The position numbers were made by a program, and so were the translations under genes. This document shows, one piece after another, positions 40,601 through 54,750 of a DNA stretch of 64,000 bases. The stretch is from the human T2T-CHM13v2.0 reference genome, Homo sapiens. The notes beneath the pieces were generated by a model. That model was not told the origin of the DNA and searched no databases. It saw nothing but the letters and a program-made list of their open reading frames with translations. How positions within the stretch are numbered: the stretch's first letter is position 1; each line of letters starts with the position of its first letter. The DNA lies in assembly GCF_009914755.1 (NCBI RefSeq), contig NC_060943.1; one strand, given 5' to 3'.

Positions 40601-43600
40601 TCCTTTGTGATGTGTGCGTTCAACTCACAGAGTTTAACCTTTCTTTTCATAGAGCAGTTAGGAAACACTCTGTTTGTTAAGTCTGCAAGTGGATATTCAG
40701 ACCTCCTTGAGGCCTTCGTTGGAAACGGGATTTCTTCCTATTATGCTAGACAGAAGAATTCTCAGTAACTTCCTTGTGTTGTGTGTATTCAACTCACAGA
40801 GTTGAACGATCCTTTACACAGAGCAGACTTGAAACACTCTTTTTGTGGAATTTGCAAGTGGAGATTTCAGCCGCTTTGAGTTCAATGGTAGAATAGGAAA
40901 TATCTTCCTATAGAAACTAGACAGAATGATTCTCAGAAACTCCTTTGTGATGTGTGCGTTCAACTCACAGAGTTCAACCTTTCTTTTCATAGAGCAGTTG
41001 GGAAACACTCTGATTGTAAAGTCTGCAAGTGGATATTCAGACTTCTTTGAGGCCTTCGTTGGAAGCGGGATTTCTTCATATTCTGCTAGACAGAAGAATT
41101 CTCAGTAACTTCCTTGTGTTGTGTGTATTCAACTCACAGAGTTGAACGATCCTTTACACAGAGCAGACTTGAAACACTCTTTTTGTGGAATTTGCAAGTG
41201 GAGATTTCAGCCTCTTTGTGGTCAATGGTAGAATAGGAAATATCTTCCTATAGAAACTAGACAGAATGATTCTCAGAAACTCCTTTGTGATGTGTGCGTT
41301 CAACTCACAGAGTTTAACCTTTCTTTTCATAGAGCAGTTAGGAAACACTCTGTTTGTAAAGTCTGCAAGTGGATATTCAGACATCTTTGAGGCCTTCGTT
41401 GGAAACGGGATTTCTTCATGTTCTGCTAGACACAAGAATTCTCAGAAACTTCCTTGTGTTGTGTGTTTTCAACTCACAGAGTTGAACGATGCTTTACACA
41501 GAGTAGACTTGAAACACTCTTTTTGTGTAATTTGCAAGTGGAGATTTCAGCCGCTTTGAGGTCAATGGTAGAAAAGGAAATATCTTCGTATAAAAACTAG
41601 ACAGAATGATTCTCAGAAACTCCTTTGTGATGTGTGCGTTCAACTCACAGAGTTTAACCTTTCTTTTCATAGAGCAGTTAGGAAACACTCTCTTTGTAAA
41701 GTCTGCAAGTGGATATTCAGACCTCTTTGAGGCCTTTGTTGGAAACGGGATTTCTTCATATTATGCTAGACAGAAGAATTCTCAGTAACTTCCTTGTGTT
41801 GTGTGTATTCAACTCACAGAGTTGAACGATCCTTTACACAGAGCAGACTTGAAACACTCTTTTTGTGGAAATTGCAAGTGGAGATTTCAGCCGCTTTGAA
41901 GTCAATGGTAGAAAAGGAAATATCTTCGTATAAAAACTAGACAGAATGATTCTCAGAAACTCCTTTGTGATGTGTGCGTTCAACTCACAGAGTTTAACCT
42001 TTCTTTTCATAGAGCAGTTAGGAAACACTCTGTTTGTAAAGTCTGCAAGTGGATATTCAGACCTCCTTGAGGCCTTCGTTGGAAACGGGATTTCTTCATA
42101 TTATGCTAGACAGAAGAATTCTCAGTAACTTCCTTGTGTTGTGTGTATTCAACTCACAGAGTTGAACGATCCTTTACACAGAGCAGACTTGAAACACTCT
42201 TTTTGTGGAATTTGCAAGTGGAGATTTCAGCCGCTTTGAGGTCAATGGTAGAATAGGAAATATCTTCCTATAGAAACTAGACATAATGATTCTGAGAAAC
42301 TCCTTTGTGATGTGTGCGTTCAACTCACACAGTTTAACCTTTCTTTTCATAGAGCAGTTAGGAAACACTCTGTTTGTAAAGTCTGCAAGTGGATATTCAG
42401 ACCTCCTTGAGGCCTTCGTAGGAAACGGGATTTGTTCATATTATGCTAGACAGAAGAATTCTCAGTAACTTCCTTGTGTTGTGTGTATTCAACTCACAGA
42501 GTTTAACGATCCTTTACACAGAGCAGACTTGAAACACTGTTTTTGTGGAATTTGCAAGTGGAGATTTCAGCCGCTTTGAGGTCAATGGTAGAATAGGAAA
42601 TATCTTCCTATAGAAACTAGACAGAATGATTCTCAGAAACTCCTTTGTGATGTGTGCGTTCAACTCACAGAGTTCAACCTTTCTTTTCATAGAGCAGTTG
42701 GGAAACACTCTGTTTGTAAAGTCTGCAAGTGGATATTCAGACTTCTTTGAGTCCTTCGTTGGAAGCGGGATTTCTTCATATTCTGCTAGACAGAAGAATT
42801 CTCAGTAATTTCCTTGTGTTGTGTGTATTCAACTCACAGAGTTGAACGATCCTTTACACAGAGCAGACTTGAAACACTCTTTTTGTGGAATTTGCAAGTG
42901 GAGATTTCAGTCGCTTTGAGGTCAATGGTAAAATAGGAAATATCTTCCTATAGAAACTAGCCAGAATGATTCTCAGAAACTCCTTTGTGATGTGTGCGTT
43001 CAACTCACAGAGTTTAACCTTTCTTTTCATAGAGCAGTTGGGAAACACTCTGTTTGTAAAGTCTGCAAGTGGATATTCAGACATCCTTGAGGCTTTCGTT
43101 GGAAACAGGATTTCTTCATATTCTGCTAGAAAGAAGAATTCTCAGTAACTTCCTTGTGTTGTGTGTATTCAACTCACAGAGTTGAACGATCCTTTACACA
43201 GAGCAGACTTGAAACACTCTTTTTGTGGAATTTGCAAGTGGAGATTTCAGCCGCTTTGAGGTCAATGGTAGAATAGGAAATATCTTCCTATAGAAACTAG
43301 ACAGAATGATTCTCAGAAACTCCTTTGTGATGTGTGCGTTCAACTCACAGAGCTTAACCTTTCTTTTCATAGAGCAGTTAGGAAACACTCTGTTTGTAAA
43401 GTCTGCAAGTGGATATTCAGACACCTTTGAGGCCTTCGTTGGAAACGGGATTTCTTCATGTTCTGCTAGACACAAGAATTCTCAGAAACTTCCTTGTGTT
43501 GTGTGTCTTCAACTCACAGAGTTGAACGATGCTTTACACAGAGTAGACTTGAAACACTCTTTTTGTGTAATTTGCAAGTGGAGATTTCAGCCGCTTTGAA

Positions 43601-46480
43601 GTCAATGGTAGAAAAGGAAATATCTTCGTTTAAAAACTAGACAGAATGATTCTCAGAAACTCCTTTGTGATGTGTGCGTTCAACTCACAGAGTTTAACCT
43701 TTCTTTTCATAGAGCAGTTAGGAAACACTCTGTTTGTAAAGTCTGCAAGTGGATATTCAGACCTCCTTGAGGCCTTCGTTGGAAACGGGATTTCTTCATA
43801 TTATGCTAGACAGAAGAATTCTCAGTAAATTCCTTGTGTTGTGTGTATTCAACTCACAGAGTTGAACGATCCTTTACACAGAGCAGACTTGAAACACTCT
43901 TTTTGTGGAATTTGCAAGTGGAGATTTCAGCCGCTTTGAGGTCAATGGTAGAATAGGAAATATCTTCCTATAGAAACTAGACACAATGATTCTGAGAAAC
44001 TCCTTTGTGATGTGTGCGTTCAACTCACACAGTTTAACCTTTCTTTTCATAGAGCAGTTAGGAAACACTCTGTTTGTAAAGTCTGCAAGTGGATATTCAG
44101 ACCTCCTTGAGGCCTTCGTTGGAAACGGGATTTCTTCATATTATGCTAGACAGAAGAATTCTCAGTAACTTCCTTGTGTTGTGTGTATTCAACTCACAGA
44201 GTTGAACGATCCTTTACACAGAGCAGACTTGAAACACTCTTTTTGTGGAATTTGCAAGTGGAGATTTCAGCCGCTTTGAGGTCAATGGTAGAATAGGAAA
44301 TATCTTCCTATAGAAACTAGACAGAATGATTCTCAGAAACTCCTTTGTGATGTGTGCGTTCAACTCACAGAGTTCAACCTTTCTTTTCATAGAGCAGTTG
44401 GGAAACACTCTGTTTGTAAAGTCTGCAAGTGGATATTCAGACTTCTTTGAGTCCTTCGTTGGAAGCGGGATTTCTTCATATTCTGCTAGACAGAAGAATT
44501 CTCAGTAACTTCCTTGTGTTGTGTGTATTCAACTCACAGAGTTGAACGATCCTTTACACAGAGCAGACTTGAAACACTCTTTTTGTGGAATTTGCAAGTG
44601 GAGATTTCAGCCGCTTTGAGGTCAATGGTAAAATAGGAAATATCTTCCTATAGAAACTAGCCAGAATGATTCTCAGAAACTCCTTTGTGATGTGTGCGTT
44701 CAACTCACAGAGTTTAACCTTTCTTTTCATAGAGCAGTTGGGAAACACTCTGTTTGTAAAGTCTGCAAGTGGATATTCAGACATCCTTGAGGCTTTCGTT
44801 GGAAACGGGATTTCTTCATATTCTGCTAGAAAGAAGAATTCTCAGTAACTTCCTTGTGTTGTGTGTATTCAACTCACAGAGTTGAACGATCCTTTACACA
44901 GAGCAGACTTGAAACACTCTTTTTGTGGAATTTGCAAGTGGAGATTTCAGCCGCTTTGAGGTCAATGGTAGAATAGGAAATATCTTCCTATAGAAACTAG
45001 ACAGAATGATTCTCAGAAACTCCTTTGTGATGTGTGCGTTCAACTCACAGAGTTTAACCTTTCTTTTCATAGAGCAGTTAGGAAACACTCTGTTTGTAAA
45101 GTCTGCAAGTGGATATTCAGACATCTTTGAGGCCTTCATTGGAAACGGGATTTCTTCATGTTCTGGTAGACACAAGAATTCTCAGAAACTTCCTTGTGTT
45201 GTGTGTTTTCAACTCACAGAGTTGAACGATGCTTTACACAGAGTAGACTTGAAACACTCTTTTTGTGTAATTTGCAAGTGGAGATTTCAGCCGCTTTGAA
45301 GTCAATGGTAGAAAAGGAAATATCTTCGTATAAAAACTAGACAGAATGATTCTCAGAAACTCCTTTGTGATGTGTGCGTTCAACTCACAGAGTTTAACCT
45401 TTCTTTTCATAGAGCAGTTAGGAAACACTCTGTTTGTAAAGTCTGCAAGTGGATATTCAGACCTATTTGAGGCCTTCGTTGGAAACGGGATTTCTTCATA
45501 TTCTGCTAGAGAGAAGAATTCTCAGTAACTTCATTGTGTTGTGTGTATTCAACTCACAGATTTCAACGATCCTTTACACAGAGCAGACTTGAAACACTCT
45601 TTTTGTGGAATTTGCAAGTGGAGATTTCAGCCGCTTTGAGGTCAATGGTAAAATAGGAAATATCTTCCTATAGAAACTAGCCAGAATGATTCTCAGAAAC
45701 TCCTTTGTGATGTGTGCGTTCAACTCACAGAGTTTAACCTTTCTTTTCATAGAGCAGTTGGGAAACACTCTGTTTGTAAAGTCTGCAAGTGGATATTCAG
45801 ACATCCTTGAGGCTTTCGTTGGAAACGGGATTTCTTCATATTCTGCTAGAAAGAAGAATTCTCAGTAACTTCCTTGTGTTGTGTGTATTCAACTCACAGA
45901 GTTGAACGATCCTTTACACAGAGCAGACTTGAAACACTCTTTTTGTGGAATTTGCAAGTGGAGATTTCAGCCGCTTTGAGGTCAATGGTAGAATAGGAAA
46001 TATCTTCCTATAGAAACTAGACAGAATGATTCTCAGAAACTCCTTTGTGATGTGTGCGTTCAACTCACAGAGTTTAACCTTTCTTTTCATAGAGCAGTTA
46101 GGAAACACTCTGTTTGTAAAGTCTGCAAGTGGATATTCAGACATCTTTGAGGCCTTCATTGGAAACGGGATTTCTTCATGTTCTGGTAGACACAAGAATT
46201 CTCAGAAACTTCCTTGTGTTGTGTGTTTTCAACTCACAGAGTTGAACGATGCTTTACACAGAGTAGACTTGAAACACTCTTTTTGTGTAATTTGCAAGTG
46301 GAGATTTCAGCCGCTTTGAAGTCAATGGTAGAAAAGGAAATATCTTCGTATAAAAACTAGACAGAATGATTCTCAGAAACTCCTTTGTGATGTGTGCGTT
46401 CAACTCACAGAGTTTAACCTTTCTTTTCATAGAGCAGTTAGGAAACACTCTGTTTGTAAAGTCTGCAAGTGGATATTCAG
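31700..46480 (+). repeat. Triplicated 15-dimer (5100 bp) super-unit; middle copy is 11 dimers; terminal 3-dimer re-duplication
   Basis: ggatagg at 31711/36811/40551; ctgattgta, gcctttgttgg, acataatg, acaccttt and gtaaattcc each occur in all three copies. Confidence 0.92.
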
Positions 46481-48259
46481 ACCTCCTTGAGGCCTTCGTT
46501 GGAAACGGGATTTCTTCCTATTATGCTAGACAGAAGAATTCTCAGTAACTTCCTTGTGTTGTGTGTATTCAACTCACAGAGTTGAACGATCCTTTACACA
46601 GAGCAGACTTGAAACACTCTTTTTGTGGAAATTGCAAGTGGAGATTTCAGCCGCTTTGAGGTCAATGGTAGAAAAGGAAATATCTTCGTATAAAAACTGG
46701 ACAGAATGATTCTCAGAAACTCCTTTGTGATGTGTGCGTTCAACTCACAGAGTTTAACCTTTCTTTTCATAGAGCAGTTAGGAAACACTCTGTTTGTAAA
46801 GTCTGCAAGTGGATATTCAGAACTCCTTGAGGCCTTCGTTGGAAACGGGATTTCTTCATATTATGCTAGACAGAAGAATTCTCAGTAACTTCCTTGTGTT
46901 GTGTGTATTCAACTCACAGACTTGAACGATCCTTTACACAGAGCAGACTTGAAACACTCTTTTTGTGGAATTTGCAAGTGGAGATTTCAGCCGCTTTGAG
47001 GTCAATGGTAGAATAGGAAATATCTTCCTATAGAAACTAGACACAATGATTCTGAGAAACTCCTTTGTGATGTGTGCGTTCAACTCACACAGTTTAACCT
47101 TTCTTTTCATAGAGCAGTTAGGAAACACTCTGTTTGTAAAGTCTGCAAGTGGATATTCAGACCTCCTTGAGGCCTTCGTTGGAAACGGGATTTCTTCATA
47201 TTATGCTAGACAGAAGAATTCTCAGTAACTTCCTTGTGTTGTGTGTATTCAACTCACAGAGTTGAACGATCCTTTACACAGAGCAGACTTGAAACACTCT
47301 TTGTGTGGAATTTGCAAGTGGAGATTTCAGCCACTTTGAGTTCAAGGGTAGAATAGGAAATATCTTCCTATAGAAACTAGACAGAATGATTCTCAGAAAC
47401 TCCTTTGTGATGTGTGCGTTCAACTCACAGAGTTCAACCTTTCTTTTCATAGAGCAGTTGGGAAACACTCTGTTTGTAAAGTCTGCAAGTGGATATTCAG
47501 ACTTCTTTGAGGCCTTCGTTGGAAGCAGGATTTCTTCATATTCTGCTAGACAGAAGAATTCTCAGAAACTTCCTTGTGTTGTGTGTATTCAACTCACAGA
47601 GTTGAATGATCCTTTACACAGAGCAGACTTGAAACACTCATTTTGTGGAATTTGCAAGGGGAGATTTCAGCCGCTTTGAGGTCAATGGTAGAATAGGAAA
47701 TATCTTCCTATAGAAACTAGCCAGAATGATTCTCAGAAACTCCTTTGTGATGTGTGCGTTCAACTCACGGAGTTTAACCTTTCTTTTCATAGAGCAGTTA
47801 GGAAACACTCTGTTTGTAAAGTCTGCAAGTGGATATTCAGACATCCTTGAGGCTTTCGTTGGAAACGGGATTTCTTCATATTCTGCTAGAAAGAAGAATT
47901 CTCAGTAACTTCCTTGTGTTGTGTGTATTCAACTCACAGAGTTGAACGATCCTTTACACAGAGCAGACTTGAAACACTCTTTTTGTGGAATTTGCAAGGG
48001 GAGATTTCAGCCGCTTTGAGGTCAATGGTAGAATAGGAAATATCTTCCTATAGAAACTAGACAGAATGATTCTCAGAAACTCCTTTGTGATGTGTGCGTT
48101 CAACTCACAGAGTTTAACCTTACTTTTCATAGAGCAGTTAGGAAACACTCTGTTTGTAAAGTCTGCAAGTGGATATACAGACATCTTTGAGGCCTTCGTT
48201 GGAAACGGGATTTCTTCATGTTCTGCTAGACAGAAGAATTCTCAGAAACTTCCTTGTGT

Positions 48260-51200
48260 TGTGTGTTTTCAAATCACAGAGTTCAACGATCCTTTACACA
48301 GAGTAGACTTGAAACACTCTTTTTGTGGAATTGGCACGGTGGAGATTTCAGCCGCTTTGAGGTCAATGGTAGAAAAGGAAATATCTTAGTGTAAAAACTA
48401 GACAGAATGATTCTCAGAAACTCCTTTGTGATGTCTGCGTTCAACTCACAGAGTTTAACCTTTCTTTTAATAGAGCAGTTAGGAAACACTCTGTTTGTAA
48501 AGTCTGCAAGTGGATATTCAGACCTCCTTGAGGCCTTCGTTGGAAACGGGATTTCTACATATTATGCTAGACAGAAGAATTCTCAGTAACTTCCTTGTGT
48601 TGTGTGTATTCAAGTCACAGAGTTGAACGATCCTTTACACAGAGCAGACTTGAAACACTCTTTTTGTGGAATTCGCAAGTGGAGATTTCAGCCTCTTTGA
48701 GGTCAATGGTAGAATAGGAAATATCTTCCTATAGAAACTAGACAGAATGATTCTGAGAAACTCCTTTGTGATGTGTGCGTTCAACTCACAGAGTTTAACC
48801 TTTCTTTTCATAGAGCAGTTAGGAAACACTCTGTTTGTAAAGTCTGCAAGTGGATATTCAGACCTCCTTGAGGCCTTCGTTGGAAACGGGATTTCTTCAT
48901 ATTATGCTAGACAGAAGAATTCTCAGTAACTTCCTTGTGTTGTGTGTATTCAACTCACAGAGTTGAATGATCCTTTACACAGAGCAGACTTCAAACACTC
49001 TTTTTGTGGAATTTGCAAGTGGAGATTTCAGCCGCTTTGAGGTCAATGGTAGAATAGGAAATATCTTCCTATAGAAACTAGACAGAATGATTCTCAGAAA
49101 CTCCTTTGTGATGTGTGCGTTCAACTCACAGAGTTCAACCTTTCTTTTCATAGAGCAGTTGGGAAACACTCTGTTTGTAAAGTCTGCAAGTGGATATTCA
49201 GACTTCTTTGAGGCCTTCGTTGGAAGCGGGATTTCTTCATATTCTGCTAGACAGAAGAATTCTCAGTAACTTCCTTGTGTTGTGTGTATTCAACTCACAG
49301 AGTTGAACGATCCTTTACTCAGAGCAGACTTGAAACACTCTTTTTGTGGAATTTGCAAGTGGAGATTTCAGCCGCTTTGAGGTCAATGGTAGAATAGGAA
49401 ATATCTTCCTATAGAAACTAGACAGAATGATTCTCAGAAACTCCTTTGTGATGAGTGCGTTCAACTCACAGAGTTTAACCTTTCTTTTCATAGAGCAGTT
49501 AGGAAACACTCTGTTTGTAAAGTCTGCAAGTGGATATTCAGACATCCTTGAGGCTTTCGTTGGAAACGGGATTTCTTCTTATTCTGCTAGAAAGAAGAAT
49601 TCTCAGTAACTTCCTTGTGTTGTGTGTATTCAACTCACAGAGTTGAATGATCCTTTACACAGAACAGTCTTGAAACACTCTTTTTGTGGAATTTGCAAGT
49701 GGAGATTTCAGCCGCTTTGAGGTCAATGGTAGAATAGGAAATATCTTCCTATAGAAACTAGACAGAATGATTCTCAGAAACTCCTTTGTGATGTGTGCGT
49801 TCAACTCACAGAGTTTAACCTTTCTTTTCATAGAGCAGTTAGGAAACACTCTGTTTGTAAAGTCTGCAAGTGGATATTCAGACATCCTTGAGGCCTTCGT
49901 TGGAAACGGGATTTCTTCATATTCTGCTAGAAAGAAGAATTCTCAGTAACTTCCTTGTGTTGTGTGTATTCAACTCACAGAGTTGAATGATCCTTTACAC
50001 AGAACAGTCTTGAAACACTCTTTTTGTGGAATTTGCAAGTGGAGATTTCAGCCGCTTTGAGGTCAATGGTAGAATAGGAAATATCTTCCTATAGAAACTA
50101 GACAGAATGATTCTCAGAAACTCCTTTGTGATGTGTGCGTTCAACTCACAGAGTTTAACCTTTCTTTTCATAGAGCAGTTAGGAAACACTCTGTTTGTAA
50201 TGTCTGCAAGTGGATATTCAGACATCTTTGAGGCTTTCGTTGGAAACGGGATTTCTTCATATTCTGCTAGACAGAAGATTTTTCAGAAACTTCGTTGTGT
50301 TGTGTGTTTTCAAATCACAGAGTTCAACGATCCTTTACACAGAGTAGACTTGAAACACTCTTTTTGTGGAATTGGCACGGTGGAGATTTCAGCCGCTTTG
50401 AGGTCAATGGTAGAAAAGGAAATATCTTCGTATAAAAACTAGACAGAGTGATTCTCAGAAACTCCTTTGTGATGTCTGCGTTCAACTCACAGAGTTTAAC
50501 CTTTCTTTTCATAGAGCAGTTAGGAAACACTCTGTTTGTAAAGTCTGCAAGTGGATATTCAGACCTCCTTGAGGCCTTCGTTGGAAACGGGATTTCTACA
50601 TATTATGCTAGACAGAAGAATTCTCAGTAACTTCCTTGTGTTGTGTGTATTCAACTCAAAGAGTTGAACGATCCTTTACACAGAGCAGACTTGAAACACT
50701 CTTTTTGTGGAATTTGCAAGTGGAGATTTCAGCCTCTTTGAGGTCAATGGTAGAATAGGAAATATCTTCCTATAGAAACTAGACAGAATGATTCTGAGAA
50801 ACTCCTTTGTGATGTGTGCGTTCAACTCACAGAGTTTAACCTTTCTTTTCATAGAGCAGTTAGGAAACACTCTGTTTGTAAAGTCTGCAAGTGGATATTC
50901 AGACCTCCTTGAGGCCTTCTTTGGAAACGGGGTTTCTTCCTCTTATGCTAGACAGAAGAATTCTCAGTAACTTCCTTGTGTTGTGTTTATTCAACTCACA
51001 GAGTTGAACGATCCTTTACACAGAGCAGACTTGAAACACTCTTTTTGTGGAATTTGCAAGTGGAGATTTCAGCCGCTTTGAGGTCAATGGTAGAATAGGA
51101 AATATCTTCCTATAGAAACTAGACAGAATGATTCTGAGAAACTCCTTTGTGATGTGTGCGTTCAACTCACAGAGTTTAACCTTTCTTTCATAGAGCAGTT

Positions 51201-54200
51201 AGGAAACACTCTGTTTGTAAAGTCTGCAAGTGGATATTCAGACCTCCTTGAGGCCTTCGTTGGAAATGGGATTTCTACATATTATGCTAGACAGAAGAAT
51301 TCTCAGTAACTTCCTTGTGTTGTGTGTATTCAACTCACAGAGTTGAACGATCCTTTACACAGAGCAGACTTGAAACACTCTTTTTGTGGAATTTGCAAGT
51401 GGAGATTTCAGCCGCTTTGAGGTCAATGGTAGAATAGGAAATATCTTCCTATAGAAACTAGACAGAATGATTCTCAGAAACTCCTTTGTGATGTGTGCGT
51501 TCAACTCACAGAGTTTAACCTTTCTTTTCATAGAGCAGTTAGGAAACACTCTGTTTGTAAAGTCTGCAAGTGGATATTCAGACATCCTTGAGGCTTTCGT
51601 TGGAAACGGGATTTCTTCATATTCTGCTAGAAAGAAGAATTCTCAGTAACTTCCTTGTGTTGTGTGTATTCAACTCACAGAGTTGAATGATCCTTTACAC
51701 AGAACAGTCTTGAAACACTCTTTTTGTGGAATTTGCAAGTGGAGATTTCAGCCGCTTTGAGGTCAATGGTAGAATAGGAAATATCTTCCTATAGAAACTA
51801 GACAGAATGATTCTCAGAAACTCCTTTGTGATGTGTGCGTTCAACTCACAGAGTTTAACCTTTCTTTTCATAGAGCAGTTAGGAAACACTCTGTTTGTAA
51901 AGTCTGCAAGTGGATATTCAGACATCTTTGAGGCTTTCGTTGGAAACGGGATTTCTTCATATTCTGCTAGACAGAAGAATTCTCAGAAACTTCGTTGTGT
52001 TGTGTGTTTTCAAATCACAGAGTTCAACGATCCTTTACACAGAGTAGACTTGAAACACTCTTTTTGTGGAATTGGCACGGTGGAGATTTCAGCCGCTTTG
52101 AGGTCAATGGTAGAAAAGGAAATATCTTAGTGTAAAAACTAGACAGAATGATTCTCAGAAACTCCTTTGTGATGTCTGCGTTCAACTCACAGAGTTTAAC
52201 CTTTCTTTTAATAGAGCAGTTAGGAAACACTCTGTTTGTAAAGTCTGCAAGTGGATATTCAGACCTCCTTGAGGCCTTCGTTGGAAACGGGATTTCTACA
52301 TATTATGCTAGACAGAAGAATTCTCAGTAACTTCCTTGTGTTGTGTGTATTCAACTCACAGAGTTGAACGATCCTTTACACAGAGCAGACTTGAAACACT
52401 CTTTTTGTGGAATTTGCAAGTGGAGATTTCAGCCTCTTTGAGGTCAATGGTAGAATAGGAAATATCTTCCTATAGAAACTAGACAGAATGATTCTGAGAA
52501 ACTCCTTTGTGATGTGTGCGTTCAACTCACAGAGTTTAACCTTTCTTTTCATAGAGCAGTTAGGAAACACTCTGTTTGTAAAGTCTGCAAGTGGATATTC
52601 AGACCTCCTTGAGGCCTTCGTTGGAAACGGGATTTCTTCATATTATGCTAGACAGAAGAATTCTCAGTAACTTCCTTGTGTTGTGTGTATTCAACTCACA
52701 GAGTTGAATGATCCTTTACACAGAGCAGACTTCAAACACTCTTTTTGTGGAATTTGCAAGTGGAGATTTCAGCCGCTTTGAGGTCAATGGTAGAATAGGA
52801 AATATCTTCCTATAGAAACTAGACAGAATGATTCTCAGAAACTCCTTTGTGATGTGTGCGTTCAACTCACAGAGTTCAACCTTTCTTTTCATAGAGCAGT
52901 TGGGAAACACTCTGTTTGTAAAGTCTGCAAGTGGATATTCAGACTTCTTTGAGGCCTTCGTTGGAAGCGGGATTTCTTCATATTCTGCTAGACAGAAGAA
53001 TTCTCAGTAACTTCCTTGTGTTGTGTGTATTCAACTCACAGAGTTGAACGATCCTTTACACAGAGCAGACTTGAAACACTCTTTTTGTGGAATTTGCAAG
53101 TGGAGATTTCAGCCGCTTTGAGGTCAATGGTAGAATAGGAAATATCTTCCTATAGAAACTAGACAGAATGATTCTCAGAAACTCCTTTGTGATGTGTGCG
53201 TTCAACTCACAGAGTTTAACCTTTCTTTTCATAGAGCAGTTAGGAAACACTCTGTTTGTAAAGTCTGCAAGTGGATATTCAGACATCCTTGAGGCTTTCG
53301 TTGGAAACGGGATTTCTTCATATTCTGCTAGAAAGAAGAATTCTCAGTAACTTCCTTGTGTTGTGTGTATTCAACTCACAGAGTTGAATGATCCTTTACA
53401 CAGAACAGTCTTGAAACACTCTTTTTGTGGAATTTGCAAGTGGAGATTTCAGCCGCTTTGAGGTCAATGGTAGAATAGGAAATATCTTCCTATAGAAACT
53501 AGACAGAATGATTCTCAGAAACTCCTTTGTGATGTGTGCGTTCAACTCACAGAGTTTAACCTTTCTTTTCATAGAGCAGTTAGGAAACACTCTGTTTGTA
53601 AAGTCTGCAAGTGGATATTCAGACATCCTTGAGGCCTTCGTTGGAAACGGGATTTCTTCATATTCTGCTAGAAAGAAGAATTCTCAGTAACTTCCTTGTG
53701 TTGTGTGTATTCAACTCACAGAGTTGAATGATCCTTTACACAGAACAGTCTTGAAACAGTCTTTTTGTGGAATTTGCAAGTGGAGATTTCAGCCGCTTTG
53801 AGGTCAATGGTAGAATAGGAAATATCTTCCTATAGAAACTAGACAGAATGATTCTCAGAAACTCCTTTGTGATGTGTGCGTTCAACTCACAGAGTTTAAC
53901 CTTTCTTTTCATAGAGCAGTTAGGAAACACTCTGTTTGTAATGTCTGCAAGTGGATATTCAGACATCTTTGAGGCTTTCGTTGGAAACGGGATTTCTTCA
54001 TATTCTGCTAGACAGAAGATTTCTCAGAAACTTCGTTGTGTTGTGTGTTTTCAAATCACAGAGTTCAACGATCCTTTACACAGAGTAGACTTGAAACACT
54101 CTTTTTGTGGAATTGGCACGGTGGAGATTTCAGCCGCTTTGAGGTCAATGGTAGAAAAGGAAATATCTTCGTATAAAAACTAGACAGAGTGATTCTCAGA

Positions 54201-54750
54201 AACTCCTTTGTGATGTCTGCGTTCAACTCACAGAGTTTAACCTTTCTTTTCATAGAGCAGTTAGGAAACACTCTGTTTGTAAAGTCTGCAAGTGTATATT
54301 CAGACCTCTTTGAGGCCTTCGTTGGAAACGGGATTTCTACATATTATGCTAGACAGAAGAATTCTCAGTAACTTCCTTGTGTTGTGTGTATTCAACTCAA
54401 AGAGTTGAACGATCCTTTACACAGAGCAGACTTGAAACACTCTTTTTGTGGAATTTGCAAGTGGAGATTTCAGCCTCTTTGAGGTCAATGGTAGAATAGG
54501 AAATATCTTCCTATAGAAACTAGACAGAATGATTCTGAGAAACTCCTTTGTGATGTGTGCGTTCAACTCACAGAGTTTAACCTTTCTTTTCATAGAGCAG
54601 TTAGGAAACACTCTGTTTGTAAAGTCTGCAAGTGGATATTCAGACCTCCTTGAGGCCTTCTTTGGAAACGGGGTTTCTTCCTCTTATGCTAGACAGAAGA
54701 ATTCTCAGTAACTTCCTTGTGTTGTGTGTATTCAACTAACAGAGTTGAAT
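48260..54750 (+). repeat. Tandem duplication, period 3741 bp (11 dimers), marked by ggcacggtgg
   Basis: cttagtgtaaaa, tttaatagag, cttcaaacac, gtaatgtc, gaagattt, ctcaaagag and cttctttggaaacgggg recur at +3741 (ORF pairs 48407/52148, 50107/53848, 50788/54529). Confidence 0.92.

Noticed and set aside
19971-42430. Box variants cttcgttgAaaacggga (19971) and cttcgtAggaaacggga (38674, 42414) as lost CENP-B sites
   Set aside because: The changes fall on non-core positions of nTTCGnnnnAnnCGGGn, so I counted them as intact.
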